A stretch of 64,000 nt of DNA from an uncultured Acidimicrobiaceae bacterium (lineage in GTDB: Bacteria > Actinomycetota > Acidimicrobiia > Acidimicrobiales > RAAP-2), in the NCBI GenBank assembly GCA_963835465.1, contig CAWIFR010000007.1:494949-558948 (forward strand). The letters run 5' to 3'. This document shows, piece by piece, positions 53,932 through 64,000 of this stretch (positions are counted from its first letter, which is position 1; each line of letters opens with the position of its first letter). The notes beneath the pieces were generated by a model. That model was given only the letters and a program-made list of their open reading frames with translations, searched no databases and was not told the DNA's origin. The translations under genes were made by a program, and so were the position numbers.

Positions 53932-55308
53932 GTGCATCGCATGCTGACCCTCGAGACGCTCCCCCACCAGATCCAATCAGGCGACATCGACACCGTGGTG
54001 GTGGCCTTTCCCGACCTGCAGGGCCGTCCGGTGGGCAAGCGGGTCACCGGCAATTTCTTCCTGGACCACGTCCAGCAGCACGGGATCGAGGTCTGCGACT
54101 ACCTGATGGCCTGTGACGTCGACATGGAGCCACTCCCCGGCTACCGCTTCGCCAACTGGGAGTCCGGTTACGGCGACCTCAACGCCGTCATCGATCCCCA
54201 GACCGTCCGCCCGCTACCCTGGCTTCCGGGAAGCGCCCTCGTGCTGTGCGACCTGCTGACCCTGGAGGGTGAGCCGGTCGAGGTCTCCCCCCGGCGCATC
54301 CTCCGTCGCCAGCTGGAGCGGGCCGCCCGCCACGGGCTCGAGGTCAAGTGCGCCACCGAGCTCGAGTTCTATCTGTTCCTCGACTCCTTCGCCGAGGCCG
54401 CCGGGAAGCACTGGCAGGACCTGGCCCCCCACGCCGACACCATCGAGGACTACCAGCTCCTGCAGACGTCGCGCGAGGAGTACATCATCGGGAAGATCCG
54501 GAACCAGATGGTCGACGCGGGCATCCCCATCGAGTTCTCCAAGGGCGAGGCCGGCATCGGCCAGCACGAGATCAACATCACCTACGGGGGCGCACTGGAG
54601 GTGGCCGACCGCCATCTGGTGTTCAAGAACGGGGTCAAGGAGATCGCCTCGGGATTCGGACGGGCCGCCACCTTCATGGCCAAGTGGTCCATGGCCAGCG
54701 CAGGATCCTCCTGCCATATCCACACCAGCCTGTGGGACGCCGCCGACGACACCCCGCTGATGGCCCCGGCCGACGGCGAGGACTCCCGGTCGGGCTACTC
54801 GGCCATCGGGGCCCAGTTCGTGGCCGGCCAGCTGTTCGCCGCCGATCAGCTGGCCTGGTGCTTCGCCCCGTATGTGAACTCGTACCGTCGCTACGTGCCC
54901 GACTCGTGGGCTCCCACTGCCATGGTGTGGGGCGAGGACAACCGCACCTGCGGCTTCCGGGCGGTGGGCCATGGCTCCGGCCGGCGGGTCGAGAGCCGTA
55001 TCCCGGGGGCGGACGTGAACCCGTATCTGGCCCTGGCCGCGGCCATCGCCGGTGGACTCTGGGGCATCGAGCACCAGCTGGAGCTGCCCCCGGCCTTCGC
55101 CGGCAACGCCTACCACGCCCCAGACGTGCCCCGGATACCCACCACGCTGGCCGACGCCATCGATCGACTGGCCGACAGCGAGGTGGCCGCCGAAGCCTTC
55201 GGTCCCGAGGTCCACCACCACCTGCTCAACACGGCGAGGCAGGAGTGGGCCGCGGCCAACCGGGTGGTCACCGACTGGGAGCTCGCCCGCAACTTCGAGC
55301 GCATCTAA
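53932..55308 (+). CDS. Glutamine-synthetase-family gamma-glutamyl-amine synthetase (PuuA/GlnA3/GlnA4-like), intact
   Basis: 458 aa with GS catalytic-domain motifs KCATELEFYLF, FSKGEAGIGQHEINI, SSCHIHTSLW, NSYRRY and ESRIPGADVNPYLA. Confidence 0.85.
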   Translation: MHRMLTLETLPHQIQSGDIDTVVVAFPDLQGRPVGKRVTGNFFLDHVQQHGIEVCDYLMACDVDMEPLPGYRFANWESGYGDLNAVIDPQTVRPLPWLPGSALVLCDLLTLEGEPVEVSPRRILRRQLERAARHGLEVKCATELEFYLFLDSFAEAAGKHWQDLAPHADTIEDYQLLQTSREEYIIGKIRNQMVDAGIPIEFSKGEAGIGQHEINITYGGALEVADRHLVFKNGVKEIASGFGRAATFMAKWSMASAGSSCHIHTSLWDAADDTPLMAPADGEDSRSGYSAIGAQFVAGQLFAADQLAWCFAPYVNSYRRYVPDSWAPTAMVWGEDNRTCGFRAVGHGSGRRVESRIPGADVNPYLALAAAIAGGLWGIEHQLELPPAFAGNAYHAPDVPRIPTTLADAIDRLADSEVAAEAFGPEVHHHLLNTARQEWAAANRVVTDWELARNFERI

Positions 55309-55457
55309 TAGCCCCGCCGTGGCCGTCCGGTACGGGCCCGGCTCCGAAGACGGGTGTGAGCCACGCCCCCACCCCGGCACCCCCCCTCGGCCGACTACGG
55401 ATACCGGCGCCCGTTGTCCGGTCCAGACCCGGGCCTCCCCGATACGGCCCGCGGCTG

Positions 55458-56777
55458 ATGGCTGGTCTGGCCCGCCTCCTGGTACACGCCTTCTTCCGCG
55501 ATGTCGAGGTCGAGCACGCCGACCGGCTGAACACGGGCCGTCCAACCGTGCTGGTGGCCGACCACCGCAACGGTCTGGTCGATGGTCTCCTGCTCCTCGC
55601 CACCCTCGAGCGGAACCCCCGCTTCCTCGGAAAGTCCACCCTCTTCCACAATCCCGTCCTCTGGCCCTTCCTCCACCTGGCCGGGGTGGTGCCGGTACAT
55701 CGCGCCCAGGACGGCGGCTCCACCGACGACAATGCGGAGGCGTTCGGCGCAGCCGACGACGTGCTGGCCCACGGGGGGCTCTTGGCCGTCTTCCCCGAAG
55801 GAGTCAGCCACGACCGCGCCGCGCTGCAGCCCCTACGCACCGGCGCGGCCCGCATCGCCCTGGCTGCAGCCGACCACGGTGTCCACGACGTGGACACCGT
55901 GGTCGTGGCGCTGGTCTACGACGACAAGCAGCGCTTCCGGTCACGGGCCCTGGTCCGAATCGGCGAGCCGCAGCCGGTCACCGGTTGGCACGAGCGAGCC
56001 GTGCGCGATCCCCGTCCGACCGTCCGTGCCCTCACCGACGAGCTGGCCCAGCGGATGCGTCGGGCCGGTCCCGAACTCGCCGAATGGGAGGACGGCCGTG
56101 AGCTGACGGCCATCGCCGACATTGCCGCACGCCCGCTCACCGTCCTCCCTGTCGATGCTGGCCTGGCCGATCGCCAGCAGATCCTGGGCGGGCTCGTCGC
56201 CGCCGAAGCCGGTGGGCGGAGGTCGGCCATGGAGTCGCTGCGCCGCACGTACCGTCGGTACCGGCGAGAGCTCGACCTCTGCGGGTTAGCCGATGCCCAG
56301 GTGGCGGCCAGTTACCGGTCGGGCACCTTGCGGTCCCAGTACCTCGCCGCCTTGGCCAAAGTGGCCCTGGCCGCACCGCTCGCCGTGGTCGGGGCCGTCA
56401 TCCATGTCGTCCCCTGTCAGCTGGTCGACGTCGCCGCGTCGGTCCCAGCCAACCGGAGCGTACGGGCCACCGTCAAGGTGCTCGGCTCGTTCTTCCTGTA
56501 TCTCGCCACCTATGCCGGCCTCGGCCTGCTGGTCGGTCACACCCGGGGGCCGGCCCTCGGCATGCTCGCCGCCGCGGCGGCTCCGGCATGTGGCTACCTG
56601 GCCCTGCGCCTAGCCGAACGGATCCACCGGATAGGCGGAGCCCGTCAGGGCTTCCGCCTGGCCCGTGACCACGCCCGGCTCCTCGATGCCGTCCTGGCCG
56701 ACCGGGCCGCCGTGGTCGAGTCGGCACGAGGCCTGGCCCGACCGGTGCCGCTGGCGACCTCGCCGACCGGTCCTTGA
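55458..56777 (+). CDS. PlsC-family acyltransferase with a C-terminal multi-TM extension
   Basis: ATG 55458 lies within ORF 54348..56777 (the upstream part is shadow sequence of the GS gene). HxxxxD motif ADHRNGLVD and FPEG motif AVFPEGVSH. The C-terminal roughly 130 aa are hydrophobic (LAAPLAVVGAVIHVV, FFLYLATYAGLGLLVG). Confidence 0.75.
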   Translation: MAGLARLLVHAFFRDVEVEHADRLNTGRPTVLVADHRNGLVDGLLLLATLERNPRFLGKSTLFHNPVLWPFLHLAGVVPVHRAQDGGSTDDNAEAFGAADDVLAHGGLLAVFPEGVSHDRAALQPLRTGAARIALAAADHGVHDVDTVVVALVYDDKQRFRSRALVRIGEPQPVTGWHERAVRDPRPTVRALTDELAQRMRRAGPELAEWEDGRELTAIADIAARPLTVLPVDAGLADRQQILGGLVAAEAGGRRSAMESLRRTYRRYRRELDLCGLADAQVAASYRSGTLRSQYLAALAKVALAAPLAVVGAVIHVVPCQLVDVAASVPANRSVRATVKVLGSFFLYLATYAGLGLLVGHTRGPALGMLAAAAAPACGYLALRLAERIHRIGGARQGFRLARDHARLLDAVLADRAAVVESARGLARPVPLATSPTGP

Positions 56778-56811
56778 CGGATGGCAGGCTGCCTGCCACC
56801 ATGGATTGATC

Positions 56812-58708
<1,897 letters not shown>

Positions 58709-58748
58709 CGCCCCGAGGAAACGGGCGGGCGTCTCAGAACGGGCGTCT

Positions 58749-60329
58749 CTAGAAGCGGTTGAGCCGTTTGAAGATGCCCTTGGTCTGCTTGTAGAGGTTC
58801 ACGAACTCGGCGAACAAGACGTCGTACTCGCCTGCCGTCGAGGCATCGGGCGTATAGGTCCGCCGGATCGACACCATGCCCGGGATGTCCTCCACCCGCA
58901 CCCGGCCCAGGGCCATGAGCGTGATGAACGCGGCACCCCGGACGTTGGCCAGCACGGGGTCGGCCACCTGGCGAATCTCCCGGCCCAGCACGTCGGCGTG
59001 GATCTGAGCCCACTGGTCCGAGTTGGCGCCGCCCCCGATGAAGGCCAGGGAGTCCAATCGGCGGCCGGCGAACTTCTCGACGGCCTCGAGGAGCCATCTC
59101 GAGTTGAACGCCACGCCCTCGAAGACGGATCGGACCATCTGGGCCCGCGTGGTGGCCAACGAGAGGTTGTGGAAGCCACCCCTGATGGTGTGATCGTCCA
59201 CCGGCGATCGCTCTCCGTTGAGCCACGGGGTGAACAGCACGCGGCTGCTGCCCGGGGCCACCGAGTCGACCATGGCGTTCATGGCCTCGAAGTCCTCGGC
59301 CAGCCCGAGGTTGTCGCGGAGGAAGGTCAGACAGGCCCCGGCCGTCTCGTGCTCGTCGGCGATCAGGTACCGACCGGGAAGGGCCGAGGGGATCGAGGCC
59401 ACATTGCTGGTTGGCGCGGTCTTCTTGAAGGGCACGTGGCCGGAGATCCACGAGGAGGTGCCGATATAGAGGTGGGCGGCGAAGTCGGCCACCGCCCCGG
59501 AGCCGAACACCGCGGAGTGGACATCCCCGGACCCCACCGACACCGGCAGACCGGCCGGGAGGCCGAGCTCGTCGGCGGCCTCGGCGGTGAGTCGGCCCAT
59601 GATGGTGCCGGGAGGGACCAGATCGGGCAGCTTGGCCCGGTCAAGACCGGTGAGCTCAAGGAGACGGTCGTCGTAGGTCACCCGGTCGATGGAGCGGTTG
59701 TCCGTGATCCAGTGGGCCCCGATGGAGTCGAAGGAGGCAGAGGTGACGCCGGTCAGCCTGAGGTTGAGGTAGTCGCAGGGCTCCAGGAAGGTGGCCGTGG
59801 CCGCGTAGATCTCGGGAAAGGCATCCCGAATGAACAGGATGTGCGCGACGGGGTCCTTGCCCGACAGCCCGGGGGCGCCGCCGGTGACCTGCACCCAGCG
59901 GACGATCTTGCGAGGGTCGTACCCCATCACGTTGACCGGACCCCCGGCCACCTTGCGAATGGCCTTGTTGCCGCGGGAGTCCATCCAGATGACCGCCCGC
60001 ATGAGGGCCTTTCCGTCCGCCCCGACGGCCACCGTGCCCGACCACTGGGACGTGCAGCCCACACCGATGAAGGCGTCCGGAGTCACCCCGGCCTCGGTCA
60101 CCGCCCGGTTCGAGGCGGCCATGATGGCCGACCACCACTCGGCGGGGTCCTGTTCGGCGCCGCCACCGTCGAGCAAATGGAGGGTCACCGGTGCGGTGGC
60201 ATGGGCCACGATCTGACCTGAGGCCGTGACGACCGCCACCTTGGGGCCACCCGTGCCAAGGTCGATGGCCAGCACGTACTGCTCGGACGGGGACGGCCCG
60301 GGGCCCGAGCTCCCGGTGGACCCGCTCAC
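58749..60329 (-). CDS. FGGY-family carbohydrate kinase (xylulokinase-like)
   Basis: 526 aa with N-terminal YVLAIDLGTGGPKVAVV, plus FGSGAV and FIGGGANSDQWAQIHADVLG motifs. Confidence 0.85.
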   Translation of the reverse strand: MSGSTGSSGPGPSPSEQYVLAIDLGTGGPKVAVVTASGQIVAHATAPVTLHLLDGGGAEQDPAEWWSAIMAASNRAVTEAGVTPDAFIGVGCTSQWSGTVAVGADGKALMRAVIWMDSRGNKAIRKVAGGPVNVMGYDPRKIVRWVQVTGGAPGLSGKDPVAHILFIRDAFPEIYAATATFLEPCDYLNLRLTGVTSASFDSIGAHWITDNRSIDRVTYDDRLLELTGLDRAKLPDLVPPGTIMGRLTAEAADELGLPAGLPVSVGSGDVHSAVFGSGAVADFAAHLYIGTSSWISGHVPFKKTAPTSNVASIPSALPGRYLIADEHETAGACLTFLRDNLGLAEDFEAMNAMVDSVAPGSSRVLFTPWLNGERSPVDDHTIRGGFHNLSLATTRAQMVRSVFEGVAFNSRWLLEAVEKFAGRRLDSLAFIGGGANSDQWAQIHADVLGREIRQVADPVLANVRGAAFITLMALGRVRVEDIPGMVSIRRTYTPDASTAGEYDVLFAEFVNLYKQTKGIFKRLNRF

Positions 60330-60336
60330 CGAGCGC

Positions 60337-63300
60337 TCATGCCTTGATCACCCAGATGGTGGCCTCCCGCACCGAGTCACCGGCGTCGATCTGGAGCCTC
60401 GTACCCGGAGGGCCACCCTCGGGAGCCGAGAAGGAGACGGTACGGGCCAGCACCTCACGTCCGATGCTCTCGGCCATGGTCTCGAGGTCGTCCAGGCCGG
60501 CCAGGTGGAGGACAATCCAGTCAGAGACGTCGAAACCGCTGGCCTTCCGCAGGTCCTGGACGTGACGGATCACTTCACGGGCCAGGCCCCGCAGTCGCAG
60601 CTGATCATCGAGACCCAGGTCCAGGGCCACCACCTCGGCCCCGTCCCGGGACACCGCGAAGCCCGACTGGGCCTGCACCCGAAGTTCGACCTCGTCACCG
60701 ACCAATTCGACAGGACCGTCCTCGAGCTGGACCACCACGGGGCGGCCGGCGGCGAGATCGGCCGCCGCGGTGACACCGTCGACGGTCCGCATGGCCGCCC
60801 GCAGGGGCTGCACCCGCTCCCGAAGACGGGCGCCGAGCAGCTTGTAGTTGGGCACCAGCTCATAGGCCAGGACGTCGCCCAGCTCGTCGGTGGCCTCCAC
60901 CACGTCCACGTTGAGCTCGTCCTCCACCACCCCCGGCGGTGGGACCGGACTGCCGGGCGGGAGGTAGACGAGGGCCCGGGCCAACGGCTGGCGGACCTTC
61001 ACCCCGGCTTCGGCGCGGGCTGCCCGACCGAGGGAGGAGAGTCGGCGGGCCAGCGCCATTCCTGAGTCCAGCGTGGCGTCGACGGCGGCGGCGTCCACCT
61101 CGGGCCAGTCGGCCAGATGCACCGAATCGTCCTCGTTCGCACCGGTCAGGTCCCGCCACATCCGGTCGGCCACGAACGGGCAGAGCGGGGCCAGGAGGCT
61201 GGCCACGGTGACCAGCACCTCGTACAGGGTGGCCTGGGCACCCAGGGAGTCGGCCGGGTCGGCATCAGGATCGGTGCGCCAGAAACGGCGCCGGCTGCGC
61301 CGGACGTACCAGTTGGAGACGTCATCGATCAGCTCGGCGATGGCCGTGGCCGCCGGGAACGGCTCATAGTCGTCGAGCGACCGGGTGACCAGCTCGACCG
61401 TCGCGGCCAACCGTGACCGCATCCAGCGATCGAGGACCGATCGGTCTGCCGGTGCGGGGATCGCTGGGTCGGCAGGATCGAACTCGTTGAGCGAGGCGTA
61501 GGTGGTGAAGAACGCCCAGGTGTTCCACAGGGTGAGCAGGGTGTCCCGCATGGACGCATCGATGACCTCGAAACTGACCCGGGTGGGCGTCCACGGTGAT
61601 CCCTGCGAGAACATCCACCACCGCAACGGGTCGGCGCCCCGGGTGGACAGGATCTCCCAGGGGTCGATGACGTTGCCCACGCTCTTGGACATCTTCTTGC
61701 CCTCGGCATCCACGATGTGACCGAGGCACAGGACGTTGCGATACGGGGTGGCCCCACGAACCAGGGTGTTGACCGCCAGCAAGGAGTAGAACCAGCCCCG
61801 GGTCTGGTCGATGGCCTCGCAGATGAAGTCGGCCGGGAAGGCGAACTGCTCGTCGGATCCCTGCACGCCGGGATAGCCCCACTGGGCCGACGGCATCGAT
61901 CCCGAGTCGAACCAGGCGTCGATGACCGGCTCCACCCGTCGCATGTCCCGGCGGCCGGGTCCGCACTCCGCACAGGGGATGGTGACCTCGTCGATCGCCG
62001 GACGATGGGGGTCGACCCCGGTGACGTCCCGGCCCACCAGTTCGGAGAGCTCGGCCAGGGAGGCCACGCAGCGGATGTGCCCCTCGTCGCACCTCCAGAT
62101 GGGGAGCGGAGTCCCCCAGTAGCGGTCACGGGACAGGGCCCAGTCGACGTTGTTGGCCAGCCACTCCCCCATGCGTCCGTCCCGGATGTGCTCGGGGTGC
62201 CAGCCAACGGTCTGGTTCTGGGCCACCAACTCGGTCTTGCGGTCGGAGGTCCGTATGTACCAGCTGGGCTTGCCCCAGTAGATGAGCGCGGTACCGCAAC
62301 GCCAGCAGTGGGGATAGGGGTGGAGATACGGGAATCGCCTGATCAGGCGCCCCGCGGCCTCCAGCCGGTCGTTGATCTCGCTGTTGGTGTCCCGCACGGC
62401 CTGACCCTCCAGCCACGCCACCGCCGCCGTGAACCTGCCGTCCGGCCCGACGGGGTTGAGGGTGGGGAGATCGTTCTCGCGTCCGACCTGGCGGTCTACT
62501 TCACCGAAGGCCGGGGCCAGGTGGACGATGCCGGTGCCCTCGTCGGCCTCCACGAACTCTCCGGCCACCACCCTCCAGCCATCCCGGCCGGCGGAACCGG
62601 GAAGCGGCTCGACGTCGGTGAACGGCCGGTCGTAGTGCAGCCCGACCAGCGCCAGGCCGGGAAGTCGGTGCTCGATGACGGCGCCTTCGCCGAACACTGC
62701 ATCGACCAGGTCGGCGGCCACGATACGGGCCTCGGTGCCGTCGGGCCCCGGCGCGGCCACCACGGCGTACTCGAGCCCCGGGCCGACGGCGGCGCCGGTG
62801 TTGGACAGGAGGGTCCACGGCGTGGTCGTCCACGCCACCAGCGAGAGCCCGGACAGGGTGTCCCGGTCGAGGCGGGCGCGAAGCCGGCCGGCCACCTCGC
62901 CGTCGTCAGTCAGGGGCAGGCTCACGTAGGCCGACTCGTCCTCGACCGGCCGATAGACGTCGGGCTGGCCCAACTCGTGGCTCGACAGCGCCGTTCCGCA
63001 TCGTGGGCAGTACGGCACCACCTTGATGTCCTCGTACAGCAGGTCCTGGTCCCACAGGCTCTTCAGGTTCCACCAGACCGACTCCACGTACTCCGGGGAG
63101 AAGGTCCAGTACGCGGCATCGATGTCCACCCAGAAACCGATCCGCTCGGTGAGGGTCTTCCACTCGTCCACGTAGTTGCGGACCGACTCTCGACAGAGTC
63201 GCGTGAACTCGCCGATGCCGACCTGCTCCTCAATCTGACGTTTGTCGCTGATCCCCAGCTGGCGCTCCACCTCGACTTCGACGGGGAGGCCATGGGTGTC

Positions 63301-63555
63301 CCACCCGGCCCGCCGGGGCACCGCATAGCCCCGCATGGTCCGGTAACGGCAGAACAGGTCCTTGTAGACCCGGGCCCATACATGGTGGAGGCCGGGTCGG
63401 CCGTTGGCCGTGGGCGGACCCTCGTAGAACACCCACGGCTCGGCACCGGCCCGCAGCTCGACGGAGCGCTCGAAGACGCGGTGCTCGGTCCATCGGGCCA
63501 GTTCGTCGACCTCGAGGGCGGTGAAATCAGCTTCGGTGGGCACCGGGCGGAACAA
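60337..63555 (-). CDS. ileS: Isoleucine--tRNA ligase (type 2)
   Basis: ORF 60337..63999 trimmed to TTG 63555 (or GTG 63543), about 8 nt downstream of GAAGGGA. Motifs PPTANGRPGLHH (HIGH-like) and KKMSKSVGN (KMSKS). The upstream 148 codons are non-coding read-through. Confidence 0.93.
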   Translation of the reverse strand: MFRPVPTEADFTALEVDELARWTEHRVFERSVELRAGAEPWVFYEGPPTANGRPGLHHVWARVYKDLFCRYRTMRGYAVPRRAGWDTHGLPVEVEVERQLGISDKRQIEEQVGIGEFTRLCRESVRNYVDEWKTLTERIGFWVDIDAAYWTFSPEYVESVWWNLKSLWDQDLLYEDIKVVPYCPRCGTALSSHELGQPDVYRPVEDESAYVSLPLTDDGEVAGRLRARLDRDTLSGLSLVAWTTTPWTLLSNTGAAVGPGLEYAVVAAPGPDGTEARIVAADLVDAVFGEGAVIEHRLPGLALVGLHYDRPFTDVEPLPGSAGRDGWRVVAGEFVEADEGTGIVHLAPAFGEVDRQVGRENDLPTLNPVGPDGRFTAAVAWLEGQAVRDTNSEINDRLEAAGRLIRRFPYLHPYPHCWRCGTALIYWGKPSWYIRTSDRKTELVAQNQTVGWHPEHIRDGRMGEWLANNVDWALSRDRYWGTPLPIWRCDEGHIRCVASLAELSELVGRDVTGVDPHRPAIDEVTIPCAECGPGRRDMRRVEPVIDAWFDSGSMPSAQWGYPGVQGSDEQFAFPADFICEAIDQTRGWFYSLLAVNTLVRGATPYRNVLCLGHIVDAEGKKMSKSVGNVIDPWEILSTRGADPLRWWMFSQGSPWTPTRVSFEVIDASMRDTLLTLWNTWAFFTTYASLNEFDPADPAIPAPADRSVLDRWMRSRLAATVELVTRSLDDYEPFPAATAIAELIDDVSNWYVRRSRRRFWRTDPDADPADSLGAQATLYEVLVTVASLLAPLCPFVADRMWRDLTGANEDDSVHLADWPEVDAAAVDATLDSGMALARRLSSLGRAARAEAGVKVRQPLARALVYLPPGSPVPPPGVVEDELNVDVVEATDELGDVLAYELVPNYKLLGARLRERVQPLRAAMRTVDGVTAAADLAAGRPVVVQLEDGPVELVGDEVELRVQAQSGFAVSRDGAEVVALDLGLDDQLRLRGLAREVIRHVQDLRKASGFDVSDWIVLHLAGLDDLETMAESIGREVLARTVSFSAPEGGPPGTRLQIDAGDSVREATIWVIKA

Positions 63556-63670
63556 CGGGTACGTCCCTTCGGGTCGGGGGGTGGTCTGAGAGGGTGTTCG
63601 GGATGGGCGTGGCTGGTGCGTCGGACGGGTGGAGGAGATACTACGGGCGCCCAGGGTCCACAATTGACCC

Positions 63671-64000
63671 GTGCCCGAACTCCCCGAGGTAGAAGCCCTG
63701 ACCGTCGGCCTCTCCCGACGGATAGCCGGACGGCGCATCGAGCGGTGCCGGCTGGCCTCGTTCTCCGCCCTGAAGACCGTGGATCCGCCGCTGGAGGAGC
63801 TGGTCGACCGCACCGTGGTCGGGGTGGAGCGGCGGGGCAAGTTCGTCTGTGTGGACACCGGGGGGCTGTGGCTGATCGCCCATCTGGCCAGAGGTGGCTG
63901 GGTCCGCTGGTTCGAGGTCCTCCCGGCCACCGCCATCAAGCCGGGGCGGAGCCCGATCGCCCTCCGGGTGGGCCTGGACGACGGCGCCGGGTTCGACATC
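63671..64000 (+). CDS. Formamidopyrimidine/endonuclease VIII-family DNA glycosylase (Fpg/Nei), N-terminal part leaving the window
   Basis: Hand-translated from GTG 63671: (M)PELPEVEALTVGLSRRIAGRRIERC...VERRGKFVCVD. PELPEVE is the hallmark catalytic N-terminus. It is not in the ORF track because no stop falls within the window. Confidence 0.8.
   Translation, partial: MPELPEVEALTVGLSRRIAGRRIERCRLASFSALKTVDPPLEELVDRTVVGVERRGKFVCVDTGGLWLIAHLARGGWVRWFEVLPATAIKPGRSPIALRVGLDDGAGFDI

Noticed and set aside
54348-55457. N-terminal extensions of long ORFs. These are the 809-aa ORF 54348..56777, the 148 extra codons of the ileS ORF (63556..63999), the 74 extra codons of the ALDH ORF (52225..52446), and the extensions of the cysD, esterase and GATase ORFs.
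   Set aside because: The extensions overlap other well-supported genes or are Arg/Pro-rich junk. Conserved protein N-termini and internal start codons, some with SD sequences, define shorter genes.
63556-63670. Possible T-box riboswitch in the ileS leader. The minus-strand RNA contains GGGACGUACCCGU, reminiscent of the T-box GGGUGGUACCGCG, and an AUC triplet (a potential Ile specifier).
   Set aside because: Only about 115 nt separate ileS from the divergent fpg/nei start, which is short for a promoter plus a T-box. The core match is imperfect at about 5 of 13 positions. The AUC is not followed by the usual purine, and I could not draw a convincing Stem I/antiterminator by eye. An Infernal scan (RF00230) would be needed.

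Overview
High-GC (roughly 70%) chromosomal window that looks actinobacterial: iscS-mnmA-ligA and gatCAB synteny, a PASTA Ser/Thr kinase and a long-form leuA. No rRNA, tRNA, CRISPR array, transposase/integrase or recognisable defence system was seen, so I cannot point to a clearly novel system. Layout: (1) 1-23.6 kb is a cell-surface polysaccharide island. It holds a partial Wzm-like permease, five GT-B glycosyltransferases, a Wzy-like membrane protein, an atypical PCP/BY-kinase-like protein, a CapD/WbpM-type enzyme, a TviB/TviC-like dehydrogenase+epimerase pair, a PAP2 phosphatase, a LuxR regulator with what looks like a degenerate GGDEF domain, a formyltransferase, a secreted beta-helix/Ig/tandem-repeat protein and a CE4 deacetylase. 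It abuts cysD-cysN-cysC (PAPS synthesis). (2) 23.7-32.3 kb holds a CDF transporter, an ORF-poor 1.8 kb stretch with one HTH gene, a GH43-like protein, gatCAB, an esterase and an SCP2 protein. (3) In 32.3-50.8 kb almost every gene is broken by single-base frame switches, including essential ligA, mnmA and iscS. This is most simply sequence/assembly error rather than biology, and it limits what can be concluded there. (4) 50.8-64 kb holds a gamma-glutamyl-amine (amino-alcohol/polyamine) catabolic cluster, a PlsC-like acyltransferase, leuA preceded by a Leu-codon leader peptide plus intrinsic terminator, an FGGY kinase, ileS and a partial fpg/nei gene. The leads most worth follow-up are the possibly sulfated-glycan locus, its putative c-di-GMP-sensing regulator, the uncharacterised 41-42-aa repeat protein and the leuA attenuator. 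All calls come from by-eye motif recognition in the supplied translations and my own translation of selected stretches; no searches were run.
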